DNA of 64,000 nt from Patescibacteria group bacterium. Lineage in GTDB: Bacteria; Patescibacteriota; Patescibacteriia; UBA11705; JABHMO01. Positions within the stretch are counted from its first letter, which is position 1. Each line of letters starts with the position of its first letter. Positions 19,503 through 30,800 of this stretch are shown piece by piece. Under the pieces are notes generated by a model, which ran no database searches, had not been told where the DNA came from, and was given only the letters and a program-made list of their open reading frames with translations. The position numbers and the translations under genes are program-made. The DNA lies in assembly GCA_018818405.1 (NCBI GenBank), contig JAHIRY010000038.1:35449-99448 (forward strand), written 5' to 3'.

Positions 19503-20159
19503 TTAGTTGCTCCGAGCCAAGGCTCTCCACGGAAATTTATTCATGAGACGATTGACATACGATTGGCTCAAACCTCGGTAAAGCAGAGTCATCTCGTAGG
19601 AAGAACCCTCGCTTTTTGCCATGACGCGAGGCGCGTCCCAATAATGATCTCCGCTCGCATTGAGCAAAGTCACTTCGATTTCTCCGACTTTCGCGACTTC
19701 GTGCGCGCCGGAAAAAGAGGTTCTCAGCATTTTCGATGAATTTACGGAAGCGCCTTCCATTTTTTTGATCAAGAACAAAGAATATTCAGCTGACTTTTTT
19801 CGGCTCTTGTATTCCACCGCGTTCGGTCTGATCAGACAAAACAATGATGACGCTCCGACCTGTTTCACAACATAAATCTGTTTTCCCAAATCCCGCTGTT
19901 GCAGCCACATGACGGGGAAAAGAAAGTTTTGCAATTCAGATTCCTGCCACTGCCGTTCATTGCCGGCAAAAACCGTCGGACTGACATTCTGATCGCGAGG
20001 CAAAATCATATCCGCCTCCGGCGGATCCACTCCTTCCAGAGAAAACCGATCTTCAAAATGCAACTTTCTTCCGATTGTTTTTCCATGGCCTGCGCAGCCA
20101 ATGAAAATCGTTGCAAAAAAAACGAGAGACAAAACCAGCTGAAACTTTTTCATTTCCAT
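19503..20159 (-). CDS. hypothetical lipoprotein
   Basis: Lipobox FIGC after MKKF and a hydrophobic stretch. RBS AAGGAG. Confidence 0.7.
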   Translation of the reverse strand: MEMKKFQLVLSLVFFATIFIGCAGHGKTIGRKLHFEDRFSLEGVDPPEADMILPRDQNVSPTVFAGNERQWQESELQNFLFPVMWLQQRDLGKQIYVVKQVGASSLFCLIRPNAVEYKSRKKSAEYSLFLIKKMEGASVNSSKMLRTSFSGAHEVAKVGEIEVTLLNASGDHYWDAPRVMAKSEGSSYEMTLLYRGLSQSYVNRLMNKFPWRALARSN

Positions 20160-20392
20160 TCTCCTTGTTCAAAAGGTTGAATTGTCAAAGAACCGAATTC
20201 ATTTCATGCGAACCTCCGTTTCCAAAAAGTCAGTTCAACCATCCCATTTCTCAACTTCATTGTATGGAGGAATCAAGCGCAACCGAAGAAAAATGTTATA
20301 AACACTCGTCAAAAAAATTAAAAATCAAAAATCTCCTTGGTAAAAAGAGATTTTTCTTGTCGAAAGACTTCAACAAAAATCACACAAGCCGA

Positions 20393-20421
20393 TTGACAGT
20401 GGCGTTTTTTACGGTTAAACT
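20393..20421 (+). promoter_or_regulatory. sigma70 promoter for the HAD pair
   Basis: TTGACA-N17-TAAACT. Confidence 0.6.
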
Positions 20422-20459
20422 GATGACGTTCGTTCATTTCACAACAAAGGAGGCGCGGT

Positions 20460-21308
20460 ATGACGAAAAGGCTTGTTCTGATTGATATTGATAATACTCT
20501 GGTCAACATTGATCTGGGATTTGACGGCTGTTCCGCCGACCAAATAAAAATCGCCTTGAGAAAAGCGATGTCAAGCGGACTGACGATAGGATTGCATTCG
20601 GATCGCCCCGCATTTGACCTGTTCGCGATTCACAAAAATCTGGGACTGAACGGTCCTATCATTGCGGAAAAAGGAAACATTCTTCACTTTCCTCCCAAAT
20701 GGGACATGGAGCCGAATCAAGATCACCGGTTTCTCATGTTTCAATTTCTAAAGACCGAACTTCTGAATATTCTGCTCACCGAATTTTCCGATATTGATGT
20801 ATTTGTCGGCAAAAATCAGAAAATGTTTCGCTTTCTGGCGCAAAACAGGCCGGCTGAAAATCGCAAAATTGTTCTGATCAATAATTACCGAAAGCTGAGT
20901 TTGGCTTTCAATGTGTGCGAGCAAGATCCTGAATCGGAAAATTTGTGCATGAATTTGGTGGAACAAACAGCCAAGATTATTCGCAACTTGTTCACTGCAA
21001 TCTTTGAACAAGAGCCGACAATAGAAATCTATCCGGCGACCAGAGCTTGCATCATCCATCTCCGCGATTCCCACAAACGCAATTCTCTGCCAAAACTCTT
21101 CAGACAATACGGCGCGGGACACAAAATTATTATGATCGGCGATTCGGCTTTTGATTTTCTCGGCAAAGACATCACTCACTGCGCAGTGGAAAACGCATCC
21201 GCCGAATACAAAGCTCTTTGCAACTTTATCGCGCAAAAAGACAGAACCTGCGGTGTGATTGAATGCCTGAAATGGATTCAACGAGGAGGCCACCATGGAA
21301 AAAGATAA
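20460..21308 (+). CDS. HAD superfamily hydrolase (Cof/IIB-like)
   Basis: Motif I DIDNT, IIAEKG, conserved Lys (SHK), motif IV IGDSAFD. Confidence 0.85.
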   Translation: MTKRLVLIDIDNTLVNIDLGFDGCSADQIKIALRKAMSSGLTIGLHSDRPAFDLFAIHKNLGLNGPIIAEKGNILHFPPKWDMEPNQDHRFLMFQFLKTELLNILLTEFSDIDVFVGKNQKMFRFLAQNRPAENRKIVLINNYRKLSLAFNVCEQDPESENLCMNLVEQTAKIIRNLFTAIFEQEPTIEIYPATRACIIHLRDSHKRNSLPKLFRQYGAGHKIIMIGDSAFDFLGKDITHCAVENASAEYKALCNFIAQKDRTCGVIECLKWIQRGGHHGKR

Positions 21309-22128
21309 ATTGATTCTCATTGATGTTGACGGAACATTGACCGACGCCTCGTATCAAATCACCGACTCCGGAATCACAAGAAAAATAATGGAAATGCAGA
21401 AACAAGGCTGGACAATCGGGCTGAACTCGGATACGCCGTTTTCTCGTTTGGAAGCAAGAGCGCGGGCTCTTCATTTGAATGGACTGCTCATCTGCGAGCT
21501 GGGCAACAGCATTCATCAAATCAATCCGACGCAACTGATTTGGGAAGAACGGCACAAAGAATCTTTTGCCGAGCTGAATGAAAGATTTCAAGAGGCTGCC
21601 AAAAAATCATTCCCGGAAATAATTCGCAGAGAAAACGACCTGAAATTTTCCCTCGAACGCTTCCGGAATGAATTGCTCCCACACGGATCCGAAATCTGGA
21701 TATTGCATCATGCATCCCGCCGGCACAGCTTTGCGTTTCAGCTGATAAAAAAAACGCCGAGAGGCGACATTTTCGTTGACAGACTCCTCATTCGACTGGC
21801 CGAATGCGCGCAACGGCTTTTCCTCGAAATTTTCCATAAAGAGCCGCTTGCCGATGTGAATCACAAATACGGGGTCTGCATCCTGCATCACAAAGATTCA
21901 CGCAAATCAAAAGCCGCGGCCGCCGTTTTCGCGATCCTCGGCTATGAAAAAATATATATGATCGGAGACAGCATGTCCGACTTTCTCAATCATCCATGCG
22001 TTGTGCAATGCGCGGTCGGCAATGCCTCAATCGAATACAAACGAGAATGCTCCATTGTTGCCAAAAATCACCTCGCCTCAGGTGTAATCGAATGCCTGGG
22101 GCAAATCAAAGAAATGAAAGACGAATAA
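21295..22128 (+). CDS. HAD superfamily hydrolase (Cof/IIB-like), paralogue of the upstream gene
   Basis: DVDGTL, LICELG, SRK, IGDSMSD, AVGNA. Confidence 0.85.
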   Translation: MEKDKLILIDVDGTLTDASYQITDSGITRKIMEMQKQGWTIGLNSDTPFSRLEARARALHLNGLLICELGNSIHQINPTQLIWEERHKESFAELNERFQEAAKKSFPEIIRRENDLKFSLERFRNELLPHGSEIWILHHASRRHSFAFQLIKKTPRGDIFVDRLLIRLAECAQRLFLEIFHKEPLADVNHKYGVCILHHKDSRKSKAAAAVFAILGYEKIYMIGDSMSDFLNHPCVVQCAVGNASIEYKRECSIVAKNHLASGVIECLGQIKEMKDE

Positions 22129-22130
22129 AC

Positions 22131-22163
22131 AAAAAAGCGCCGGACAATGTTCCGCCGCTTTTT
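22131..22163 (+). terminator. probable terminator
   Basis: AAAAAAGCG...CGCTTTTT imperfect hairpin. Confidence 0.5.
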
Positions 22164-22269
22164 CATTTTTCGCTGATATTAAATAAACAAATTTCACGCA
22201 TGATTGACGTAAAAAAATGAAAATGATAAATTTCAAATGGAAATAACCTGCGCACAAGGAGGAAAAAGC

Positions 22270-22923
22270 ATGCGCAATGCGAAATTTGTTCCGGTCATTC
22301 TTTTCTTTGCGGCGACCATGTTCGCCGCTTGCACAGACGAAAATGACAATTCGAAAAAAAAAGCAAGCGAAGGTGAAGCAGAATCGGTCGGCTCGATGAC
22401 AATCATTTCCATGCCGGTGGAAGACGCGGAAATCATTCTCAATGAAGAGGAAACCGGCCACCGCACGCCGCAGACTTTTCACAATCTTTCGCTCGGTCTT
22501 CACCAAATAGAACTGAAACTCGCCGGTCGGCGGCAAGCTGATATTCCGCTGGCGGTTTCTCTGACCGCCAAGGAGGAAGACTCCGATACTCCGCAATTAT
22601 TGAATGTTGAAATTTTCCTGTACCGAGAACTCTCGGGGGGATGGAAAGATGAATCCGGCGCGCGCGTCGAGGCGGAAATGGAAATTGTGACCGAGGAATA
22701 TGAATATCTGTGTCCTGACACGCCGCTCAGCGTTCGCGGATTCGATCCTGTCGGATCGCTCTGCGTGGAAAAAGACGATACGCTCTCACTCTGCAAAACG
22801 CATGACGCGAAATGCGGCGAGCAGTTTGCTCAAGGCAGGATCGCTGATGACGGCAATGTCGTGGAATTCACGGTAGCCGAATCTGAAAAAGTGATTCGCT
22901 ACACCAGACTCCCGACAATGTAA
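22270..22923 (+). CDS. PEGA-domain lipoprotein
   Basis: RBS AAGGAGG, lipobox FAAC. GSMTIISMP..AEIILN...TG.RTP...G.H.IEL. Confidence 0.75.
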   Translation: MRNAKFVPVILFFAATMFAACTDENDNSKKKASEGEAESVGSMTIISMPVEDAEIILNEEETGHRTPQTFHNLSLGLHQIELKLAGRRQADIPLAVSLTAKEEDSDTPQLLNVEIFLYRELSGGWKDESGARVEAEMEIVTEEYEYLCPDTPLSVRGFDPVGSLCVEKDDTLSLCKTHDAKCGEQFAQGRIADDGNVVEFTVAESEKVIRYTRLPTM

Positions 22924-22950
22924 TCCGCGCGCAAACGCGCAATCAACTGA

Positions 22951-22990
22951 AAAACCCGCGAACGCGCAGAGCGTCGCGGGAATTTTTTTT
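22951..22990 (+). terminator. intrinsic terminator
   Basis: CCCGCGA...TCGCGGG followed by a T-tract. Confidence 0.7.
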
Positions 22991-23043
22991 AAGTGAAACT
23001 ATTTATAAACCTGCGCCCCGATCAGCGAAACTACGACGACAGC

Positions 23044-23205
23044 AGACTCTGAATCGAGTTCAGAGTGACAGGTGTGGGGCGCGAATTACTAACAATTGCA
23101 ATGAACCTCGAATAGTTGCCACAGTTTCGCAAATACGCAAATGCACAGTTACTCTTACTCCGTCGTCGGCTCTCCCATCGTCACTCTGAACTCGATTCAG
23201 AGTCT
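23044..23205. repeat. family A hairpin repeats, inverted pair downstream of GIY-YIG 1
   Basis: GTCACTCTGAACTCGATTCAGAGTCT at 23044-23069 (-) and 23180-23205 (+). Confidence 0.92.
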
Positions 23206-23267
23206 GCTTCCGGTTCGCTTAGTCGATTCGCTTACAATGTCGTCATCGCGCAACAACTCACATACCG

Positions 23268-23573
23268 CTAATTCCACGTTGCGCTCAAATCTTCAAAATT
23301 AGGATTTTCCTTTTTTATCAAATCAATTTTCCACGGCCGATGCCATCGCTTCAATTGTTTTTCTCTGGCAATGGCAGAATACACATCCGTAAAATCCTCG
23401 TAATAAACTAATTTTTGTAAACAATAACGAGCGCTGAATGAATTTGGATTGTATTTATTTTTGTGTTCCCACAAACGCCGCTCAACATTGTTCGTCACGC
23501 CAATATAAAAAACCGTATTCCTTGTGTTTGTAATAATATATACATAATAATTACGTTGAACAAATTTTCGCAT
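23268..23573 (-). CDS. stand-alone GIY-YIG nuclease
   Basis: YYVYII...FYIGVTNNVERRLWEH...LVYYE...AIAREKQLKRWHRPWK. Confidence 0.93.
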   Translation of the reverse strand: MRKFVQRNYYVYIITNTRNTVFYIGVTNNVERRLWEHKNKYNPNSFSARYCLQKLVYYEDFTDVYSAIAREKQLKRWHRPWKIDLIKKENPNFEDLSATWN

Positions 23574-23685
23574 ATCATTTTTTAAATCATGCTAACTAAT
23601 ACTTTCAGAATAGCACAATTTTTTTTCGACCGGAATAAACAACGAAACAATCGCGCCTTCGTTCAGCGAAACTTCCGACGCTAAC

Positions 23686-23862
23686 AGACTCTGAATCGAG
23701 TTCAGAGTGACGGGGTGCGGCGCGTCGTCTCATCATCATCATGATTATCCTCGTCACTCTGAACTCGATTCAGAGTCTCCCTCCGGTTTCACCTAGTCGG
23801 TTCCGCTACGACAGCGTCCGCCCGCCCCTCCTCATCGTCACTCTGAACTCGATTCAGAGTCT
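23686..23862. repeat. family A hairpin repeats, three copies upstream of GIY-YIG 1
   Basis: Identical 26-mers at 23686-23711 (-), 23753-23778 (+) and 23837-23862 (+). Confidence 0.92.
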
Positions 23863-23969
23863 CTTTTCGGTTTCGCTTAGTCGATTCGACTGCAACGGCG
23901 TCGCGAAACATTCGTCTGCCGTGTACAGGCGTCACAAACGCAAACATTCCCGTAAATTTACACGCAACC

Positions 23970-23998
23970 TTGACAAAAACCAAAGCAAATGATATATT
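23970..23998 (+). promoter_or_regulatory. sigma70 promoter
   Basis: TTGACA-N17-TATATT with extended TG. The paralogue has a similar upstream context at 22204-22231. Confidence 0.55.
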
Positions 23999-24045
23999 CG
24001 GCATAGAAAGAAATCACATGGCGATTTAAACAAGGAGGTGTAGCC

Positions 24046-24756
24046 ATGAAGACGAGAACCATGTTTCTCTGTGTCCTGTTCCTTTTTTTGACAACCGTAG
24101 CCGCATCCTGCGGCGAAGACCCCACCAACGCGCCGGGCGAAGGCGAAGGCGAAGGCGAAGGCGAGGGTGAAGGCGAGGGCGAAGGCGAAGGCGAGGGCGA
24201 AGGCGAGCAGCTCGGCTCGCTTACCGTCACCTCCGCGCCGCACGACGGCGCGCAGATCATCATGGATGGCGTGGACACCGGATTCGTCACCCCGCACACG
24301 TTCGACGAGATCAGTGTGGGACGGCACGAGGTCGAGCTCAAGCTCGACGGCCGGATCCAGGCCTACATCCCGCAGGAGGTCGTCCTGACCTCCGGCAAGG
24401 AAGACAGCACCGTGCCGCCAAGCGCCACGGCCGAAATCTTTCTGTATCTGGATCTGACGGGAAAATGGTATGAAGCGGAAATAAATCGGACGACCGAAGC
24501 AGTGGTTTTCCCAAGTGCCAGACTCCAACAACCGGAAATCTCCTGCCCAACCACGGAGATGGCGGCAGGCAAATTTCCCCTATACAACACACTGTGCATC
24601 GAGAGAGACGACTCTCTCTCTCTCTGCAAAGACCATGCCAGCGACTGTTATGGAGCCGAAGTCCGCGGCTCCGTTCAGGAAAACGGCACGAAGATCGAAG
24701 TCACAGATTTCTTTTTTTCTCCGCCGAGGGTACTACACTACACTCTGGTGCAGTGA
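24046..24756 (+). CDS. PEGA-domain lipoprotein with (Gly-Glu)n linker
   Basis: RBS AAGGAGG, lipobox AASC, GE tandem repeat, PEGA motif. Paralogue of 22270-22923. Confidence 0.8.
   Translation: MKTRTMFLCVLFLFLTTVAASCGEDPTNAPGEGEGEGEGEGEGEGEGEGEGEGEQLGSLTVTSAPHDGAQIIMDGVDTGFVTPHTFDEISVGRHEVELKLDGRIQAYIPQEVVLTSGKEDSTVPPSATAEIFLYLDLTGKWYEAEINRTTEAVVFPSARLQQPEISCPTTEMAAGKFPLYNTLCIERDDSLSLCKDHASDCYGAEVRGSVQENGTKIEVTDFFFSPPRVLHYTLVQ
24136..24207 (+). repeat. GGCGAA/GGCGAG hexamer tandem repeat encoding (GE)12
   Basis: Directly visible tandem array. Confidence 0.9.
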
Positions 24757-24789
24757 ACTGCTCTATAGTGTAGTAGCATTTGGCCAATC

Positions 24790-24826
24790 AAAAACTCCCA
24801 CCGTCAAGAACGGTAGGAGTTTTTTT
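24790..24826. terminator. bidirectional terminator
   Basis: AAAAACTCC.ACCGT...ACGGT.GGAGTTTTTT between convergent genes. Confidence 0.8.
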
Positions 24827-24831
24827 AATTG

Positions 24832-27800
24832 CTACGGTAATACTATAATTTTTCCATCGAAAGAAGTCCCCGGCTCTCCGTGCTCATCCAGTGGATCACA
24901 CAATGGAAAATCACCTTCATTATAACACCCATCCGCACCCCCGCACGTCCCATTACACCACCCCCAATTATCCGTCACAATCACCCGCGGAATATACTGG
25001 CAGGCGGGATTGCCTTGGTATGTTGTTCTGCAGTAATTCGGGTCTGCGCCGGCAGTGCCGCAATCCTTCAAAACAGGATCAGACAAATTACAAGTATAAG
25101 TATTATTGTAAGAGAAATACGATTCCATGCATGCATCAGTCGTGTCGCCGAAACGATCATCCTTTTGATCGGAACATTTCCCGGTGAAGAAACATCTGCT
25201 CGGATCGCTTCCCTCTTCACATCGCGGATCGTCAGCATCATAGCACGCGGAATCATCAGAGCAAGCCAGACCGGAAACTCCGTTGCATATTCCCAACGGT
25301 TCATTGGCCGGTCTCTGACATCGAGGCTTATGATTTTGGTACTTTCCATCAACGCCCACTCCCTGAACTCTCTCACCCCAATCGATCGTCACATTTCTTA
25401 TCGGCATCTGATCATCATTCGCCCAAGCATAGAAATTCATTGTCACTGCCAACTGACCATCCAGACTTACAATATCGCCGCTCGTCTGTCCGCGAATGGT
25501 CATCGTATTGGGAATAGCGCCATACAAAACATTTCCTTTCGCGTCAGACCTGCCACTGGGTATTGCGGCCGCAATCATCGGAACACCGACTTTTTGCTCA
25601 TTACTGATATCCCAAATTTTATTAGGATTATTCAAGTAGCCTATTCCATCGGCATTGCTCGGAATGTTAATAATATTTGAGCAGGATGCGCTCGGATCGC
25701 TTTTCATTTCCGGAGGATTTGTCGCGACCACTTCTTTTAGAATAACCGTGCCGACATACCCAAATGGAGTATGCTCATATTTTTCTATTGGGCAACTATT
25801 ATTCTCCAATGTCCTGCCGACATAACATTCCGCAGATATTTCCTGCTGTGCAAAGTTATAACTGTCTATGAAAAGCCAATGTTCTGCCAAAATGCTCCGA
25901 TCAGCTTTCTGCCATATGCAATTCGCCTCATTGCGTTCAATATTTGGCAAATTGGCAGTGCAATAAACACGATTTCCAGCATTGCCGACTACCGGAGCGG
26001 TATTCACACATTCGGTATCCCAGAAGCAAGGATTGCCGGAATTCGCTCCCGATTGATTATTGCAATGGCGAAGAGTAAGAATATTGCATTCCAACGGATA
26101 TTGAGCGGTTGTACAAACATTTGAATCACTGGTGCAAGACAATCCGTTTATTTCAGGATGAATGCTGGTGCAGGTTTTTTCTTCAATATTTTGAATTTTC
26201 ATTTCGTAATAAGTCTTTGCCGCAGCAAAATACTTTTTCAAAGCATCAATACTTTGATAAACAATTCCGCCCTCAGGATAGTTCTCTTCCTGATTGCACC
26301 CAGCACCCAAAAATAAATTGTAAATAGTCTCGCCAATACCGCCCGTCAATGCCAAGGCTCCAAGCGGATTGCACTTTGGCTGATCAGGAATTTGAACGGA
26401 TTTATAAATTTCATTAGTAAATGCTTTGTTTTTTCCATTCTCATCGGATACTCCGACAGCAGTATCACAGCTTTGCTTTGATATTTCGCCGATCGCCGCA
26501 TTCGTATTGCCGGCTGCATCCTTGTACCAGCCAGCCGATTGATCAGCGGGCATATTTATCGGTTTACATTGATATGTCATTTTAAACCAATCTTCATCCT
26601 CTAGGCTACACTCATCTGTAGCGCCATCATGGTCGAATATACCGCCATCATGTTCGAATGAATTCGCTCCGCCGATATTATAATTCTTATCACAACTGGG
26701 ACGTTCAAACTTCTCGCCACCGCAATCTCTGGTCCAACAAGATGCTGTATTTCCAATGCCTCCAAACGGATCAGTATTCGCATTAATTGTTCCGGCTGAA
26801 ACATTGGAGCTTCCCACCAAGCGATCCCATAATTTGTCCGCTGTCCACCGAGTATAAACATTTGGATTGCCGCTCACGCAAGCGGAACCGTTTCCATCGC
26901 ATTCTATTCCGGCAGTACTGGAAGCTAGGCCGGCCGGCAAACAATTTTCACGAACTTCTTTTGTTTCTCCATTACACGCATCCAGAGCCCCTCCATCGCA
27001 ATCCCTATACCCTTCTTCCGTTTGATTATAATTCTGTCTCTTTTCCCAATTACTGCTTTTCAGACAATAGTAAGGACTGCCATCGCTAAATCCATAATCT
27101 TGCGGCCAGAAGCCGGCGGAATCATATTGATTCTGCAAATCCTGCAATCCGGCCAACGCTTCCGTCGGATACCAAGTAATGCAAGGATGTTCTTCTTGTT
27201 TGTTATTTTTCGGCAGACTGATGTCCTCTTGCAGACAATATCCTTCCCAGCCATGATAATCTATGGCAGTGCCTTTCTTTTTCATGCATAACCCCGGTTC
27301 ATTTCCTTTTGAGATAGGTTTTGAAGAATTGAGAGAACACTGGATAGAAGAACACATTGTTTTATTATTTATCTTTACCATGGGAGAACTATCAATTTGC
27401 GGATAATCAAAATCATCGCACTGACATTGAATATCAGGTGAATCCTGACAAAAGCCTTGTTCCGGATCTGCTGGCGAATATAATTCTGTTTTCGGCACAT
27501 ATTTTGTGATCGCCCCACCACCATATTGAACCTCTCGATAATAACAACCGTAGTCTTCATTTTTATTAATTTCCGCAAAATCCACATCCAGCCAAGAAAT
27601 ATTCGCGTTTACGTATAAATCAGTGCCTGCAATACCGGCTGGAAACGGCGAATCATCCTTCGGATAAGCACGGCATTCCGGAGCTGCAGCTTCTTGAAAT
27701 GTTCTTTCTGATTCCGAGGTCTGCACACAAATTCCACTCAAACATCGACAATTTTCTCCGCTTGGATTTGCAACAGTACAAGCATCCGTGCAATCACTAT

Positions 27801-30800
27801 CCTGTTCACAAGAGGTATCGGTTAATTGATTTACCAATCTAAAATCTTTTTCTTTATAAACTTGCCCGCGAACTTCTTCACAACTAACGACTGCCTCAAT
27901 CCTGCAAATATTGCCTAAGGAAATGCAGTTTCGTCCTCCGCTACAATCATCGGCTGCTTCGCAACGGCCATATTCTCTTTCTCCACCGCAATAACTTCCG
28001 CAATCAGCATCCGTGGAACACAACCCTTCGTTCGGATTACCAAAACAATATTGTTGACCGCAATCATTGTCATTCACACAAAGATTGCCTGAAGTTACTC
28101 CTCCGCATCTCTTGTCCGGTTCAACCCCGCGTCCCTGCCTCAAATCAAAAGAATTATAAAAATTTACCGGCGCCATATCCGGAATCGCCATTCCGGTATA
28201 ATCGAGCGAAGACCAGCTGACATTTCTATTCTGATAACCGTCAGTTTCATCCGTTCCCTTCAAAGGTTTGTTCAATGACAATAAATTATTATTATCTTCA
28301 CCGACAATGAAATGCGCGCACTTCAATGTATCTTCCGCCGGACTGAGCTTGTCGCAAACTCCGACATCATCGCAAACCTCAATATATTTATTTTTATTCG
28401 AATCCCACGCCCAGTGACTGGACTTGCAATCGTACCAAGCCGCGCATTCGCGATCGCGGACGACTTTTACTATGGAATTCGCATCATTTTTTGAAGCAAT
28501 CAATTCAAATGTACAGGCAATCTGTCTATCAGTACATGTATTAATCTGCTCGGCGCGCGCTTCTCCTGCGCAAGTCAAATAATCTTTTTCAGCATTCACA
28601 CAAGATTCGACTTTTTTACAATAATCATCTTCAGTACAATCACCCACCCGCCCCAGAGCATAACTATCAAACGTCGAAGCATTCTTTGGCGGAACAGCAC
28701 TTTGTTTATCATTTCCTTCAAAATATGTTAAATATCCCTGCCATTTCAAATCAGGTTCGCCATTGGCATTTAACATAGAGGTATCATTCATCAAAATACA
28801 ACCTTCTTTACGACTGACATCTGAACAGGAAGTCTTGTCTATGTCTTCATTATTAACATAATAATAAGCTTTTCCTTTGTCTGACAAAGTTTTATCAGTG
28901 GGATCCACGAACGCGGTGCACAAATCCGCGCTTGACTTGCAGATACCGGCCCAGCCTGAGAAATCTTCATCATTTATTCGAATAATCTGCGAATTTCCAT
29001 CTTCATAATAATTCTTTGTCTCGCATAGTACATCCGGATCATTATCATTCAGTTTCTTTTTGAACCATCCAAATATACTCTCAGAACCTTGCTGAGCTTT
29101 TCTGTATTCGCAAGTTTTATCACCCGGATCCTTAAAATAATAAGTTTCACCTTTTACTCCCTTGAATTCCTCACATCTCAAATCACTATTAGCGCACAGA
29201 GGACTGTTCTCACTATCAAAAGTATCAGGATCCAGTTTGTAAAATACATTGTTCCATTTGTCCTGGGATGGAATATAATTCCCCTCAGCATCCACCATCA
29301 AAGTCGGCAATCCCAGAGCCGTACAACCCTTTTCCGTGTTTTTACATTGTTTATCTTTTGTGTTAACGAGATAAATCAATGAATCTTTTTCTATTTCTTG
29401 AAGGTAGCAGACACCATCGTTCCAATTTCCATCCAAATAACCACACATGTTTTCATAAGTCTGTGAAAGAGCGGGAGGTTCACCGCCAACCTTTGCACGA
29501 ACTTGGAATGTACATGCTTGCAAATTTTCATTCACAACGGCTGCAGTTCCCGGTATCTGGAAAAAATTATTCGTTGGAACTGCCTCCCATTTACTCATAT
29601 AAGAGGAACACAATTCAACATTCAACGGAATTTTCTTGTATCCTTGTTCAAATGGAGACGAACTGTTCTTCGTATCAATCATCGTCTCGCAACCGACCTT
29701 GTCAGCCGAACAGATATTGGTAAAGTTTTTCAGATAATGAGTATTCTTGCCGCTGTCGCGATATTCGCGGCAACCCAGCTGAGCTTGCGGAATTTGTCTG
29801 TCAGCTTCATTTGCCGGAGTATGGGTCAGCTCATTGTCGCAGATCGCCGGAGTACTCCATGAATTTTTGATTAAATATTTGAGATCATTTACTTTTGTGA
29901 TTTTGAAATTGTCGATGTAAAAAGTTCTTTCGCACTGGGACGCGCGTATGCCTATAACACCGGAGGCATAAGTCTCATCCACACTCAAATTAAAAGTATG
30001 AAACTGCCAATCAGCATTAACCGTGCCGTCACCCAATAAAAATTTTCGATCTCCGGTGTTTATATTTTCAACCGGCCTCACATCAACATTGAAATTCGTG
30101 GGATCGCCTTTGATCCAAAAAGAAACAACATAATCACCGACTGCTGATAAAAGCGCATTTTTTGTATATATTCTTGGTGATTCAACACAACTCAATCCCT
30201 CAATCCCGTTAACAGACTCTATTTCAGTCTTCTCTTCCACCATTAAATACTGCCCATCCGCTTGTGTCGTAAGCGACATTGGACTTCCTTGCAAACTAGT
30301 TACCTCTCCGGTCGCAAAATTATTCTCATAAACAATTTCCTCATCACCGCTGAAATTGCCTTTGTATTCTCTGCAGCCGGCGGCAGGCGCTGAACATTTC
30401 TTGCCTTCGCCCGGAATTGCCATGAAAACGCATTCGCCAGTGTTCCACTGCCCCTGCCTCAGTTCGCATTGAGCCTGATCCGCGTATTGCAATGTTCGGC
30501 GATAAGGATGACAATTTTCCGAACAAGTCAGAGTCTTTGAATACAAACGATAAGAAACTCTGCCGGCATCATCGTAAAATTCACGGCAGTCGGGATTTGA
30601 TTTTACAGCGAATATTTCCGCGTTGCACCGGGTTAGATTTTCTTCCTCTGCAATCGTCATTGCCGGAGCATTTCCTCCGAGTTCTTTTTTCAATACATAA
30701 TTCTGCAATTGATAACCGGAAACTCCGCCTCCGACCCAAGTATAATAATTGGCGCACTGAGCCTCGCCCTCGGGAAGTTTCTGGCATTGCCTCAATTCGG

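Noticed and set aside
23686-23862. Possible CRISPR array (identical 26-nt palindromic repeats)
   Set aside because: Mixed orientations, irregular spacing, spacers related to each other, and no cas genes.
23932-24531. Antisense ORFs with (FA)n or (SP)n tracts
   Set aside because: Shadows of the GGCGAA repeat. The plus-strand gene has promoter, RBS, lipobox and a paralogue.
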